Origin: Welwitschia mirabilis | Lineage: Eukaryota | Assembly (NCBI GenBank): GCA_051453625.1 | Contig: JBOZIK010000001.1 | Location: 21,488,386 to 21,552,385, forward strand | Direction: 5' to 3' | Length of the DNA stretch: 64,000 nucleotides | Shown: in pieces, positions 13,401 to 26,974 of the stretch | Layout: each line of letters begins with the position of its first letter | Numbering within the stretch: position 1 is the first letter of the stretch | Program-made: the position numbers and the translations under genes | Notes under the pieces: model-generated | What the model was told of the DNA's origin: nothing | The model's database searches: none | Seen by the model: only the letters and a program-made list of their open reading frames with translations

Positions 13401-15060
13401 NNNNNNNNNNNNNNNNNNNNNNNNNNNNNNNNNNNNNNNNNNNNNNNNNNNNNNNNNNNNNNNNNNNNNNNNNNNNNNNNNNNNNNNNNNNNNNNNNNNN
13501 NNNNNNNNNNNNNNNNNNNNNNNNNNNNNNNNNNNNNNNNNNNNNNNNNNNNNNNNNNNNNNNNNNNNNNNNNNNNNNNNNNNNNNNNNNNNNNNNNNNN
13601 NNNNNNNNNNNNNNNNNNNNNNNNNNNNNNNNNNNNNNNNNNNNNNNNNNNNNNNNNNNNNNNNNNNNNNNNNNNNNNNNNNNNNNNNNNNNNNNNNNNN
13701 NNNNNNNNNNNNNNNNNNNNNNNNNNNNNNNNNNNNNNNNNNNNNNNNNNNNNNNNNNNNNNNNNNNNNNNNNNNNNNNNNNNNNNNNNNNNNNNNNNNN
13801 NNNNNNNNNNNNNNNNNNNNNNNNNNNNNNNNNNNNNNNNNNNNNNNNNNNNNNNNNNNNNNNNNNNNNNNNNNNNNNNNNNNNNNNNNNNNNNNNNNNN
13901 NNNNNNNNNNNNNNNNNNNNNNNNNNNNNNNNNNNNNNNNNNNNNNNNNNNNNNNNNNNNNNNNNNNNNNNNNNNNNNNNNNNNNNNNNNNNNNNNNNNN
14001 NNNNNNNNNNNNNNNNNNNNNNNNNNNNNNNNNNNNNNNNNNNNNNNNNNNNNNNNNNNNNNNNNNNNNNNNNNNNNNNNNNNNNNNNNTATTATTTATT
14101 TTGTCTACTCCATTTTATTGCAGTGTTGATGGAGTTAAGAATTGATGTATAATACCAAATAGTTTACTAAATTCTCTGAACTTTGAATTTTTGAACTCAT
14201 TATCATTATCACTTCTTGTTATTTTAATTTTGCATTCCTGTTGGCTTTTCAACCTAATGCACAACTTAGAAAAAGCACTAGAAGCCTCATCCTTATGTGC
14301 AAGAAAGGCTACCCAAGTAAAATGTGAAAAATCATCTACAATTGTTAATAATATCTTTTATTGCCTAAACGTTTTGTAGATGAAAAACCAATAACACATA
14401 AATGTAAAAGATCTAATGGTTGTTTAGTAGTGAGAATATTTTTCTTACCAAATTTTACTTTTATTATTTTTCCTTTTTGATAAGATTCACAAATTCGATT
14501 ATCAATGCCGTTAAACTTGGAAAGTCCTCTTACTAATTCTTTTGTGGATAAGGTTTTAAGATGATCTTTGTTCACATGATCAAGCTTGCTATGCCATAGC
14601 TCTACTTCATCTAGTTTGCTAAGAAAACACTTGGTTCCATTATTAGATATATCTTGTAAGGTGGTGATGTAATAATTTTATTTCCTTACTTTAGTAAATA
14701 AGACTTTGATAGTATCTTATTCTCTTATAATACAATCATTCTTTGTAAAAGTAGTAGAAAAATTTTCATCATAGAGTTGATTCACACTTAAGAGATTATG
14801 TTGTAAACCTTTTACAAAAAATACATCTTTTACCTCAAGTAAATTATCTCCTCTAATTATGCCAATACCTTTTCTTGATGCTTCTATGTTGTATTTAAAG
14901 TTTACGACTCCCTTATCTTATTTCACTAAGGTAATGAAGCTAGATTTATCTTCAATCATATGTCTTGAGCATTTACTGTTAACATACCATGTGTGTTTCT
15001 TCACTACTTTGAATGCTATTTGATCTAAAAGTATTATCTTCAATTTAAGAATCCATATTT
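10500..15060 (-). pseudogene. pol: Decayed Copia pol of element B (protease, integrase, RT, RNase H), containing two N gaps
   Basis: WYVNSKCSRHM protease at about 14960-14995; LSTKELVRGL..ICESYQKGK..PLDLLH integrase region; ANGYNQQEGID and QIYVDDIIF RT motifs; LYRDMIDSLLYLIASR. Confidence 0.92.
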
Positions 15061-15884
15061 TACTTGGTTTTTCCTGCACAAAACATTATACCATTCTACT
15101 TTGCCTTTGGGCGTTATTAGTATAATACTTGCTTTTAAATTTCATTGGACATATGTACTGATAATGATCTCTATTATGATAATAATGATAAATAATATTA
15201 GTTATGTACATAAAGTGTTGATACCTTATCTTGTACTTCCTTTTTTTAAGTGAGAATGTTAAAGTGCTTCTTGTAGTTTCATTATGTTTCAATCCACTAT
15301 TAACATTTGAGTATCTATAGTATCTAAGCATAACATTCAAGGTCTTCTTTTCTTATGTGCTTTTCTCATTGATCTTTTCTAAATTTAAATTCCTATCTAA
15401 CACACTTCAATTCACATGTTAGTCTACTAACCTCAGCTTTAAGAGCTGAGTTTTCTTATGATAATTTATTGCTAATATTCTTCTGTTGTTCATAAGCTTC
15501 TTCACAAGCATTAAGTAAACTTTTCATTTTAATACATACATTTTCTAGTTTAATGCATTCTTCAGAAATTAGATCACACTGTCTTGAAGATTGAAATCTG
15601 TATCATCTTCACTATCTATTTCATATTCTTATCCTATCTCTTCATTTTCCTTTTGAGAATGTGTAATGGACATGAGAGAATAATAAGTTTCTTCTTTAGA
15701 GATCTTTTTCTCTGTCATAGTTTTTATAGATCTTTCTTCTTCATTTCTCCAACCCTGAAACTCATAAAATTATAAAAACACTCACATCCTCATCTTCTAA
15801 TAGGTACAATTTGTTCATTTAAAGAGTAGAGGTCTAATAAATGGCATCTCTTCCATTGTTTACTCAAGGAAGTTACTCCTACTT

Positions 15885-15896
15885 GCTCTGATACCA
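15885..15896 (-). promoter_or_regulatory. Primer-binding site (tRNA-iMet) of element B
   Basis: GCTCTGATACCA is the reverse complement of TGGTATCAGAGC, 2 nt from the LTR. Confidence 0.95.
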
Positions 15897-15898
15897 CT

Positions 15899-17303
15899 TG
15901 AGATGCAATTGAACTTAGAGGGGAGGGATCAATGAGTTCTATCAAATAAAATTAAAAGTAAATAATAAAATGAAAATGCACAATAAAAGACCTTACTAAG
16001 ATAACATGGTTCCAAAACCTGAGTACGTCTACATACAAAGGGTAGCTTCTACTCACACCTATAGATATTCTTAACCTATAAAAAAGCAGTAGTTTTTTGG
16101 TGTACCACTAAACTTGTAATAAGTGAGAGTCTCATCATAATATAGCATTCTATCCCCCTCAAGGAAATAATGGTTTTCTAGCTAACCAATAATCTTAACC
16201 ATAGATAAGTACTCACAAGTACAGCTGCAAATGCACACCCATAGAAGGGTTGCCTTATAATGTGTTTAGTATTTAAGAATGAAATTTATAAAAACATTTA
16301 ATAATGAGATAGTCCATAATGTAAAATCAAAATGTAATACAACAACAATCCTGAGTTTGCTTTGATGAAGATTTTGAGATTCTTGAAGTTGTTATTATAG
16401 TTATGAGTATAAATGAAGAATGCAATAATGAGGATCCAAAAAGCAAATGATAATAGAAGTAATAGATTTTTTGAAATGATGTCTTGATTCTTCATGAGAA
16501 GAGCCTTTTACTCATGGAAGCTTTCTTTTGATCTGATTGTTAAGAGCCAAGAAATCTTTGTATATCTGAATGATTAATGAAGTACCAAAAAGTTTTTTTT
16601 TTATTTGTGATGTCAAGGATTTATAATGTTGAAGAAGATCTAGCTATTTAAGCTTCAAAGATACTCATTTGAATCTATAATTATTGTGCAATGGATAAAT
16701 AATTTCTATGCTTTGGGTGTGTAACTTAACTTTTAATCGATGTAACTATGATCTAAGACATCTTGAATTTTATAGAGATCTTCATTCTAGATGTCTTCAC
16801 TTTTGTAGATGTCTTGAGTCAACTTGTCTAGATTTTAATGAAATTTACATTGTACTGTTCTTGAGCCTTCATGATTATGAATTCATTGTGTACAAGTTGA
16901 TAGCTTACTTGAAAGATAAGATATTAGTCAAAAACTAAATTAACTCCATTATCTATTTTAGATCAGTATAAACATCTTCAATTTTATAGATGTCTTCGTT
17001 TATATTAGGTTCAACTTTCAGTTTAGTCGTTTTGAATATGATAGATGTCTTTTATCTTATCACTAAATTTTAGTACATTTAATACATCTTCATATGTCTT
17101 CACTTAAGACATCTTTATTTTTCTAGATATCTTTAAACTATTAATTTGGTAGTTTAGAATTTAATCCTATTTATAAGATGTTTCCTTTGAAGATCTATCA
17201 TGATCTAGTATCTTATTAATGTCTAATATTCTCGTAATTACCTATCTACATAATTATACAAAATATTTGATAAATGGAATTATTAAAACTATATTTTCCA
17301 ATA
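15899..17303 (-). repeat. 5' LTR of element B
   Basis: Matches 8331-9738; flanked by the PBS on one side and the TSD on the other. Confidence 0.9.
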
Positions 17304-17308
17304 GAATA

Positions 17309-18145
17309 GAAGCATTGAAATTGTACTTTAGGTGGTTTCTTACTTATGCCTTCATCTACTAATACTCAAACTTACCAGTTTTTACTAAATGCTGAAAGTA
17401 GCTTTTTTGCAATAAATAAGATTAACCTATGGAAGTAAGTTGCTAAAATTACCTTTATGGAAAAGTGTAATGATATTCATGCATAATATAAATCCAAGAT
17501 TAATTTTATCCCTATGAGAAGGCAATATATCATAAAAGGCTACATGGGGTTGCAATAGCTATAGCTACTCCCTAAACTAGTATATTAGAAAAGGTAATTA
17601 AAATTAAAATGGATGCATTAGGTACCATATCTTTTCATTCCGTATTCTCATAAAAGTTCATCTTTAAATGCTCAAAGAGAACATTTCTCAACAAATGCCA
17701 TGAAATCTTAAGAAAGTGGCATGTGAAAATATCCTTGAAGAATACATATATAACTGAGAAATTTCTAAATCATCTATGCCAAGCATGAAATTAATAAAAT
17801 TAGGTATAAGAAAGAGAGAAGTACTCATACTTGAGTTTGAAAAGTCCCTGTGTTATCATCTATCTCATGAATGTTAGCATAGAACTCCTAGACAATAAGG
17901 TTTAGAATGCTCTACTCTAATTGAATTCTTATGTCCTTACTAAGATAAGATAAATAAGAAAGGAGATGATATTTTTTGTGCTTTTAAAAGTGAGTCCTTT
18001 CTATAATAATGGAGTTTATGGTCCAAGTTTTAAAACATTTTATAGCTAATTCATGATAGAAATTTGGTTCGTATTGAGGTCTATGTATTTTAGTGATAGA
18101 TTCCTTGTCTTTTGAGGCATCACAAGTTTTTTCCTCCCCCACCAT
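17309..18145 (-). pseudogene. N-terminal half of the env-like ORF of element C
   Basis: Reverse complement gives AGGGAGTTCTATGCTAACATTCAT (REFYANIH) at about 17866-17890; homologous to 3529-4390. Confidence 0.7.
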
Positions 18146-18849
18146 TTTAAAGGAAAAATATTAAATAAACTAAACTTTAATAAGCAAATGGAAAAGAATC
18201 AATGAAAAAGAGCACCTGATTTGTTAGTTGTGAAGACTTCTTCCAAATCTAAGACATTATGCTGAGAGTTCTAAGAAAAACAAATTAGGCTATAGAGGAC
18301 TCTGAGGGATATCTACCAAGTGGAGGATTAAAAATGAGGAATGGTGGTCCCTTTTATAAATAAAAAGATTAAAAACCCTCATCTTGGCATGTTTTTTATT
18401 TTTGAACATATTATGAGAAAGACATCTACCACTTAAGAAATGTTTAAAATGATAAAATTAGATGTCTATTAGTTTGGAAGTTGTCTAATGATAAGAAATT
18501 TTAATGGGTACTTATGCATTATAAATATGTCTACATATTTAGAGACAACCATTTCCAAAAACAATAAAAATTAAAAACTGATACCTAACCTCTAAAGATG
18601 TCTAGTATATAAAAGATACCTATTATTAAAAAAATCTTTAATATAGATGTCTGCCACTTAAATCATGTCTTTCTTATAAAATAGAAACTTCAAAAGTTTC
18701 TATAGTAATGTCAAGATTAGACTATCACAGTTAAAAAATGATAAAATGTATGATATACTAGTCAATGTTTTAGCTATTATCTCAACTCATAAAGTATCAA
18801 AATGTGAAGTTGACAGGTCAAAAGTGATTACTTGATGACTTACCTAATT

Positions 18850-21800
18850 CGGTAAGGCTCAATCCCCAAGTCTTTCTATAATTTAATAAACTTATCATCA
18901 CTTAGTAATTTGATAAAGACATCTACAAGTTAATCATCAGTATTAATGTATTCTAGTATGATGTCTTTATTTTGTATGTTCTCTATAAGGAAATGATACT
19001 AGTCCCTATATGTTTGATTCTTGAATACTAAATTGGATTTTTCAAGATGTTGATAACAGTTTTGTCATTGTAATAAATGGGAATGCTTTTCATAGTTAAT
19101 ATGAAGTCTTTTAAGATTTGCTTCATCTAACGTAACTGAGCATAGTAACTTCTAGCAGTAATGTATTTAACCTCAGCAGTTGAGAGGGTAGTTGAATTTT
19201 ACTTTTTGTTACTCTAAGATATCAAAACTTACTTAAGAAAAAATTAATTTTTACTAGTTATCCTTCTATCATCCTTGCAACCTACCCAGTCTGCATCATA
19301 ACATTCAACTAGATTAAGACAAAAGTCCTTTGAATATTAAAGGCCCTAATCAGTAATACTTTTTAAATAGTAAAATATTATTTTAATTGTCATTAGATGT
19401 GATTCTCTAAGATCATTCTAATAATAAGGACAAATTCCTATACTTAAACTGATATTAGGCGTACTAAAAGTAAGACGTAATAGACTACCAATCATACCTC
19501 TAGATAACTTTTAGTGAATATTATTACTATGTTCATTCTTATCTAGTTTTGTGCTCTGGCTCATTAGAATATCTTTGACTTTGCAATATTGTAAGTCATA
19601 CTTAACCAATAAATTTTTAATGTATCTAGTTTAAAAAATGAATGTACCTTATTTGGGTTACACAACTTGAAGCCCTAAGAAGTTACTCATCTCACATGAG
19701 AAACTCATCTTGCATAATCTTAGTGAACTTCTTATACAAACACTTTTTACTAGCACCAAAAATTATATCATCCACATAGATTTAAATAATAGTAAAATCT
19801 CTAACATTTATTTTAATAAATAATGTAACATTAGATGTACCTCTTTTAAATCTGTTTGCTAGATGTCATGAGAGTTTCTCATAGTAAGCTCTTTTCGCTT
19901 TCTTAAGACTATAAAGAGCCTTTTTGAGTCTAGAAACATAATCTAATTTCTGGGAGTTAGTAAAACATCCACTAAACATATATCTCTTCTTGAAGTGCTC
20001 TATTTAGAAGGGCACTTTTGACATTCATCTGATAGGATCTTAATCCTTTGATACATGTAAAGGCTAAAAGAATTCTTATAGACTTCATATATGCTACTAG
20101 TGTAAATGTTTCTTTAAAGTTGATTGTACCATTTAACTACTAATCTTGCTTTGTTTTTAATAATATTCTAAATATCCAATTTGTATCAATGATGAGTCTA
20201 TTGGATGGTCTTGGAGTAAGTTTCCAAATATTACACCTGTCAAACTGATTAAATTTCTCTTGCATTACTAGCATCTAATTCTTATAACTTTTTGCTTCAC
20301 TGAGAGTTTTTAATTCTACCTGTGAGATATATGCTACAAATCTGTAAACTTCCTTATCAAATCTTTGATTTTGAATATCATCATATGGACTACCTATGAT
20401 GTTGCTTATGGAATAACGTATCTTTATCTTTATCATGTTTGAAGAGGTTTTCTTATCTATTTCTTCTTCCTTATCTTCCTCACTATCTAATTATGCTTGA
20501 AAAACACTAGATGGTTATTCAAGCTATATGGGAGTATAGGCATCCTACACATAAATAGAATTTAAGTTAGTATCATATATTTTGATGTTTATAGTTTTTT
20601 CTATCACATAAGTTTTATTATTGAATACTTGGCAGGCTTTTTTTACCCTGGAGTAATCCAGAAAAGTGCCATTATCAACTTGAGAATTGAACTTTCTTAG
20701 CTTATTCTTCTCATTTAAAATGGAACATTTTAAACCAATAACATGAAAATAACTTAATAAGGATTTCTTACTAAATCATAGTCCATATAAGATTTTGGAG
20801 GTAAAGCGCCTTACCAAAACTCGATTGGAAACGTAGCACTTAGTTTTAGTGGCTTCCACCGAAAAATGATATGGAACTTATTAATCATGCATCATTATCC
20901 TTATCATTTCATATAGAACATTGTTCTTTCTTTTAGTACTTCATTTTGTTGTGGAATTCTTGGTGCAAAGAATTGGTGAAGAATATCTATTTACAAAATC
21001 TCTAAACATTACATTTTTAAATTCTATATCATTATCACTTCTTGTTATTTTAATCTTGTATTTCTTTTTATTTTGTAATCTAACACGCAACTTAGAGAAA
21101 ATGTCAAATGCCTTATCCTTGTATGTAAGTAAGGCTACCCATGTGAAATGAGAGTAATCATCAATAATAGTTTGATGATACATTTTCTTANNNNNNNNNN
21201 NNNNNNNNNNNNNNNNNNNNNNNNNNNNNNNNNNNNNNNNNNNNNNNNNNNNNNNNNNNNNNNNNNNNNNNNNNNNNNNNNNNNNNNNNNAATAATAGTT
21301 TGATGATACATTTTCTTACTAAGAATTTTTATAAGAGACAGACTAATAATATCAAGATGTGAAAGATCTAAGAGACATTTAGTAGTTATAGAGTTTTTCA
21401 TACAAACCTTACCCTTGTTTACTTTTTTTTCTGACATGCCTCATAAACCTCATCATCAAAGCTTTGTAACTTAGAAATTTTTCTTGCAATATCTTTTGAA
21501 GATAAGTTTTTTAACAAGCCTTTATTCACATGCTCAAACTATCNNNNNNNNNNNNNNNNNNNNNNNNNNNNNNNNNNNNNNNNNNNNNNNNNNNNNNNNN
21601 NNNNNNNNNNNNNNNNNNNNNNNNNNNNNNNNNNNNNNNNNNNNNNNNNNNNNNNNNNNNNNNNNNNNNNNNNNNNNNNNNNNNNNNNNNNNNNNNNNNN
21701 NNNNNNNNNNNNNNNNNNNNNNNNNNNNNNNNNNNNNNNNNNNNNNNNNNNNNNNNNNNNNNNNNNNNNNNNNNNNNNNNNNNNNNNNNNNNNNNNNNNN

Positions 21801-23890
21801 NNNNNNNNNNNNNNNNNNNNNNNNNNNNNNNNNNNNNNNNNNNNNNNNNNNNNNNNNNNNNNNNNNNNNNNNNNNNNNNNNNNNNNNNNNNNNNNNNNNN
21901 NNNNNNNNNNNNNNNNNNNNNNNNNNNNNNNNNNNNNNNNNNNNNNNNNNNNNNNNNNNNNNNNAGCCTTTATTCACATGCTCAAACTATTTGTGTCATA
22001 GCTTTATTTCACCTGTAGTACTTAACAAACACTTGGTTTCCTTATTAAAAATAGCTTGTAAAGTAGTGGTATAAACATTATATTTTCTAACTCTACTAAA
22101 TAACACTTATTTTAGTTATATTCTTTAATAATGTAATCATCTTTGGTAAAATTTATAAAAAAGTTTGTATCACATAATTAACTAACATTTAGAAGATTAT
22201 GTTGTAATCTTTCTGCAAAGAAAACATCTTCTACCTTAAGTAGATTACCTCCTTCAAATGTTCCAATACCTCTACTAAGAGCCTTTATATTATGACCAAA
22301 GATGATTACTCCTTTGTCTTATTCTACTAGGGTGGTAAAGTTAGATTTGTCTCTAGTTGGTCTTGATTTTGGAATTCATATCTACTTTGGTTTATCCTAC
22401 ACAAGATGTTGTACCATACTTCTTAGCCTTTAAGCACTGTTAGTGTAATATTTGATATTAACTTTAAAAGGACAATTAAACTAATAATGATCATGTTTAT
22501 AGTAGTAATAACAAGTAATATTATTAGTGTACAGTATATGCTCATACCTTAGCTTCTAGTTCCATTTATTAAATAATGACACTAAAGTACTAGTGGAGGC
22601 TTCATTGTGGCCTAAGTCACTTTTATTATTTGGACTTCTACATTATCCAAGCATGATTTTTATGGTCTTCTTCCCTTGGGTAAACTTCTCATTGATTCTT
22701 TTAATATTAAAAAGTTTATGTATGTCTTAAAGTTCCATACCTATTTCTCCTTTACTTTCTAATTCATATTCCCCTTCTTCTTCTTCATTGTTCTTTTGGT
22801 TATGTATGATGACTATGTGAGATGGATAAGCTATTTTATTATTAGATGTCTTACATTCTCATCATCATCCCAACCTATGAAGAAAGATCTCCTTGGTTCT
22901 TTATTTTGTGATTTTTCTTGTAATCTAATTATAAATAGGACATTCCAAGGTTATGTATACTTATCCTTCACAAACCCAACATTCTAATTTGGAAATTTAA
23001 GAGCTACTAAAAGTTTTAAATTCAAACTTATTTACAACTTAAAGCTTGAATCGATTCTGATAGTTCTCCTTCTTGTTGTTCTTTCATAAAAGAAGAATTT
23101 GAACTTGCCTTGTGATAAGAGCAAGTTCTTCTTCCACATCATCTTTAAAGTTATCTCAATCTAATACTTATTTTATTTTATCTTTAAAAGCTTGCCTTAG
23201 ATTTTTACTAGCTTTAAGACTGATAGGATTCTCCTTTAAAGGACCATCTTGAATAAGATCATTTCCTAAGTCATTAGAATACTTTGTAACTCCTTAATCT
23301 GCATTGTATTAAAGTCTCTTGATTCTTCCATGGATTTTGTTTTAGGCCTATATTTTGGAGTTAGTGAACTAAAAACGTTTTGAATTACCTTGGACTTTAA
23401 AATATTTTCACCAATTCCACATATGGTATTTACTATGATAGAGACTCTTGTGAAGTACTCGTGTATTCTCTCTCCATTGTGCATTTCAAGTTTTAAAACT
23501 AATTGGTCTAAATAAGAACCTTTGATTTCTTGATAACAAAGGTTCCTTCATATGTTCCCACTGGAACATTCCATATTTCTTATGCTATTTTAAACCTAGA
23601 TATTATGTTGAATTCTTCTATTATAAGGGCTAAGTAAAAAGTATTCTTTGCTTTTGATTTGTACATGAAAACTTTATTTTCTTTGTTTCTCTAATTCCTT
23701 CTAGATTTGATTTGTTTAATAAAGTTGTTTGTTGCATCTATAGTAGTTTCTATAAGTTTTAAGTATCCATCTTCATTGCTTTATCAAACTTAAAACGCAT
23801 AAGACTATAAGTACACTTGCATACTCATTTTCTAATAGACATAGTTAGATCCATCAAAAAACAAAGATCTAATAGATGGCACACCTTCCA
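18850..23890 (-). pseudogene. Decayed Copia gag-pol of element C
   Basis: gag HNGERIHEYFTRV..GENILKSKVIQ; integrase IIDDYSHFTWV..ITRSDNDIEF; RT YVDDIIFGA at about 19750-19785; RNase H DADWVGCKDDRR at about 19260-19300. Confidence 0.9.
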
Positions 23891-23943
23891 TAATTTACTT
23901 AAGAATGTTACTCATTTTCATGAGTACCTACTCTAATACCACT

Positions 23944-25324
23944 TGAGCATTGTTGAACTTAGAGGAGATTGATAAATGAGGTCTATCAAATAAATTCATG
24001 ACTAAATTTGAATAAAAATACATAATAAAGACCTTATTAAATTAATTTGATTCCCTAACTTAGGTATGTCCACACATAAAGGGTAGCTTCCTTTCACAGC
24101 TCTGGATATCCTTAACCTATAAAATAGTGGTTTTTTAGCACCACCAACCTTACATACAAATGAAATGCTCCTTACAAGACAACACTCTCTTCCCTTGATG
24201 GATTACAACAGACAAAAATAAATTTATACTCATAAGCACTTAAGGAAGCATATCCATACAAGGGTTATCTTATAGTTTAAAATCCCAAGTAAGCGATTCT
24301 TAAGATAATAACAAGTAATGGACTATAATGAATGAATCTAAAAATCTAATAGTCCTACAAAAAAGTGTTAATAAACAATGCTAAGAAAAAGAAAATAACA
24401 ATCCTAAAAGATGTTACTTTGATGAAATGCTTGAGTTCTTCCTGTTGTAGTCATCCATATGTATCTAAGATTAGAGTGATGTAATTGTGGGAGAGTCAAT
24501 GATCAAGTAATGTATTTACTAGATGGTCTTCTTCATCAAGGTTACAAAAATATTCATGTGTGGTACTAATCACTTGTGTGTGTAATCCTTTTTCTTTACA
24601 CTTTATGTCTTTTGATGTCTTCCTTGTCTTTACAATAGAGAGATAATCATTTGAAATGATTAAACACTTTGTAACGGGTAAAAATGGCTAAGTTTTAGTT
24701 GTCCAATGACTATTTTATTTTTTGGCAATTTTTCAAGGTAGACATCTTTGACATAATATACATCTTTGTTAGGTAGACACCTTCATCCTGAAAGACGTCT
24801 TTGATCAAATTGCCTAGATTTTAATAAGATCTAAACTACTAAATCTTTGACCCTTAAAGATCATGAATTTAATATGTAAAACTTTCCTAATTCCATAGAA
24901 TGTATATAATTTATCATTTTACAATTTGTATTTATTACCTCTTTCAGTTAGGACACATGTGTTTGATTCCATAGATGTCTTTAAATAGATGAAGTAGTAT
25001 AGGTGTCTTTAATTTGCTAGATATTTCACCTATCTTAGCTTCTTGCTTTAGTATAAACATCTTTGACATGATAGACATCTTTTCCTGTGACAAACTCCAA
25101 TTCAATCTAGACATCTTTGATTTAGTAGATGTCTTTACCATAGATGTCTTCATCTATGTGGATGTCTTAATCAATTTTGTCTATCCTTGATAAATTCTAA
25201 GTTGAATATTCTATGTACTTTGAACTTCTGACTTAATCCTATTTGCAATTCAGTGTTCTTTAATTTTTCTTATCTCACATTACATTTGATAAGTAAAATT
25301 AAAAAAAATGGGATTTTATCAATA
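23944..25324 (-). repeat. 5' LTR of element C
   Basis: Begins TGAGCATTGTTGAACTTAGAGG next to the PBS and ends ...GATTTTATCAATA like the B LTRs; rich in AGACATCT/AGATGTCT motifs. Confidence 0.8.
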
Positions 25325-25479
25325 CGTAAAGTGTGAGGCCTTAATTATAATTAAAATTATTTGATTGATTGATTATGATAGTTGTACTTTAAGGAAAAGG
25401 TACAATTACTAAAATCTTGGATTTGACATCCCTCTCACCCTCTAATACATTTTAAAGTAATAATTAAACATGTTTACCC

Positions 25480-25665
25480 TTAATAATATACATGTAATAT
25501 TATTCATATGAGATAAATAATATAATATAATATAATAATATGCATATAATATATAATATAATATATATGTAATATTATGCATATGTATTATGTAATTTAA
25601 TAGTATGTTTTATATGTAGTATAATAATATAATACTAATAGATTATAAAACATAGTAATAATAAT
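25480..25665. repeat. AT-rich low-complexity / degenerate (ATAAT)n tract
   Basis: Runs of ataat/atata, almost devoid of G and C. Confidence 0.7.
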
Positions 25666-26974
25666 TGGACTATACCTATGTGACTTATTATATATGTTCA
25701 CGGTATTAATGTTAATCATAAGATAATTGAATAGGTTTATATTGTATATGAGAATCCTCACTATATTTTTTCACTCTTAATCATATGCTTATATTTTCCT
25801 ATAGATTTATATTACTTGCTCTTCTAATCATTGTATATATGTCTTGTGTTACGAAAGCTTTGCTACATAATCTTCAATATAAACCTTCTTTCATAAGTGA
25901 AATCACAATCAAGACCTAGACAATGGTGGATCGGTCATAAATTAGAAGGTGGACAATAGCTAGTAGTGGGTTGTCATTTGCCTAAGTAGACTGATAGTCC
26001 ACTTTGAGTGTGATAATGTTTCATATAAATCTACTTCTAAAAAAGAACTCAAGTCATATATGTGGTACTAAAAAGTGATTGCTCAAAAAAATCTTCTCTA
26101 AGATTTAGAATAAAAGGATGACCTTCCTTCAATTCCTTTTCTCAAAAGACTTATAACAATGTATTTTGAACTTTTTTGTTTGTTGTTTTTACTTTCTCCA
26201 CTAGAATTTTTTTATAATTTGTTTATACATTAGACATTACTAGTACTCGAATGACATATTATCCTCCTAACATCTTATTGTAATTTATTAAGATGAGAGT
26301 CTAATATAAAGTGTTATTTCCCAAAACTCCTATTATAATTTATTAAATTAGAACTTGCATCATCTTATATAGGCTATGAAGAATACTTTTCTTTACTAAA
26401 GCTTAAAAAAACCAAGTCATAAACTTCATAGAAGTAACCTAGATGAATAACTTGGAAAATCATTGAAAACTTAATTCTTCAAGACTTTTTTTTTAAATTA
26501 AAGTTAAAATCTATAACTTCTTCAAGACCTAAGATTATTAAAAGAGGTCCAATATAAAGGTTTGTGACTGCATTTCTAAAAGCACATAGAAAAAAAGACC
26601 ATGTTTTATGAAGTTGTAAAATCTCATTACTTGAGACATCTCTTACATAACTAATTTCAATGCCATCATAAACTAAAAAGGAAAAACATGATGGAAAATA
26701 AGATGTGCAATTTGAAAAGTATGACTTAATATTATTAAAGATCTATTAATAAACTTTCATGGACATTAGCACTCCTTACAGAAAGAGTAGGAAAGAAATC
26801 CAAATTATACAGTGATAATAATTTTGCTAAAGCATTATTATGAAATACCACTTTGAATTACCAAAAATCACATTATTTGTTAACAGAGATGATGAAAATA
26901 GAATATTTCTATTAATAATGCTATTAAAAAAAGAAAAAATAAATAATACCTCTAAACTTGAATACGTCTTAGTG

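Larger units (their letters stand above)
8331..17303 (-). mobile_element. SIRE/Maximus-like Copia element B with both LTRs and TSD; pol present, most of gag and all of env deleted
   Basis: LTRs 8331-9738 and 15899-17303; TSD GAATA at 8326-8330 and 17304-17308; perfect PBS; PPT-like sequence about 9739-9756; recognisable PR/INT/RT/RH. Confidence 0.93.
7426..25324 (-). mobile_element. SIRE/Maximus-like Copia element C (gag-pol plus env-like), interrupted by element B and by element A; its 3' LTR lies outside the window
   Basis: 5' LTR 23944-25324, PBS 23930-23941 (rc TGGTATTAGAGT), gag about 23890-22380, pol about 22370-18850. The env-like ORF runs 18145-17309 and resumes at 8325-7560 across the GAATA TSD of element B. 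Confidence 0.8.

Noticed and set aside
8729-16495. Paired hydrophobic 64/65-aa ORFs as duplicated small membrane-protein genes
   Set aside because: They are the same segment of element B's two LTRs; the hydrophobicity reflects T-rich composition.
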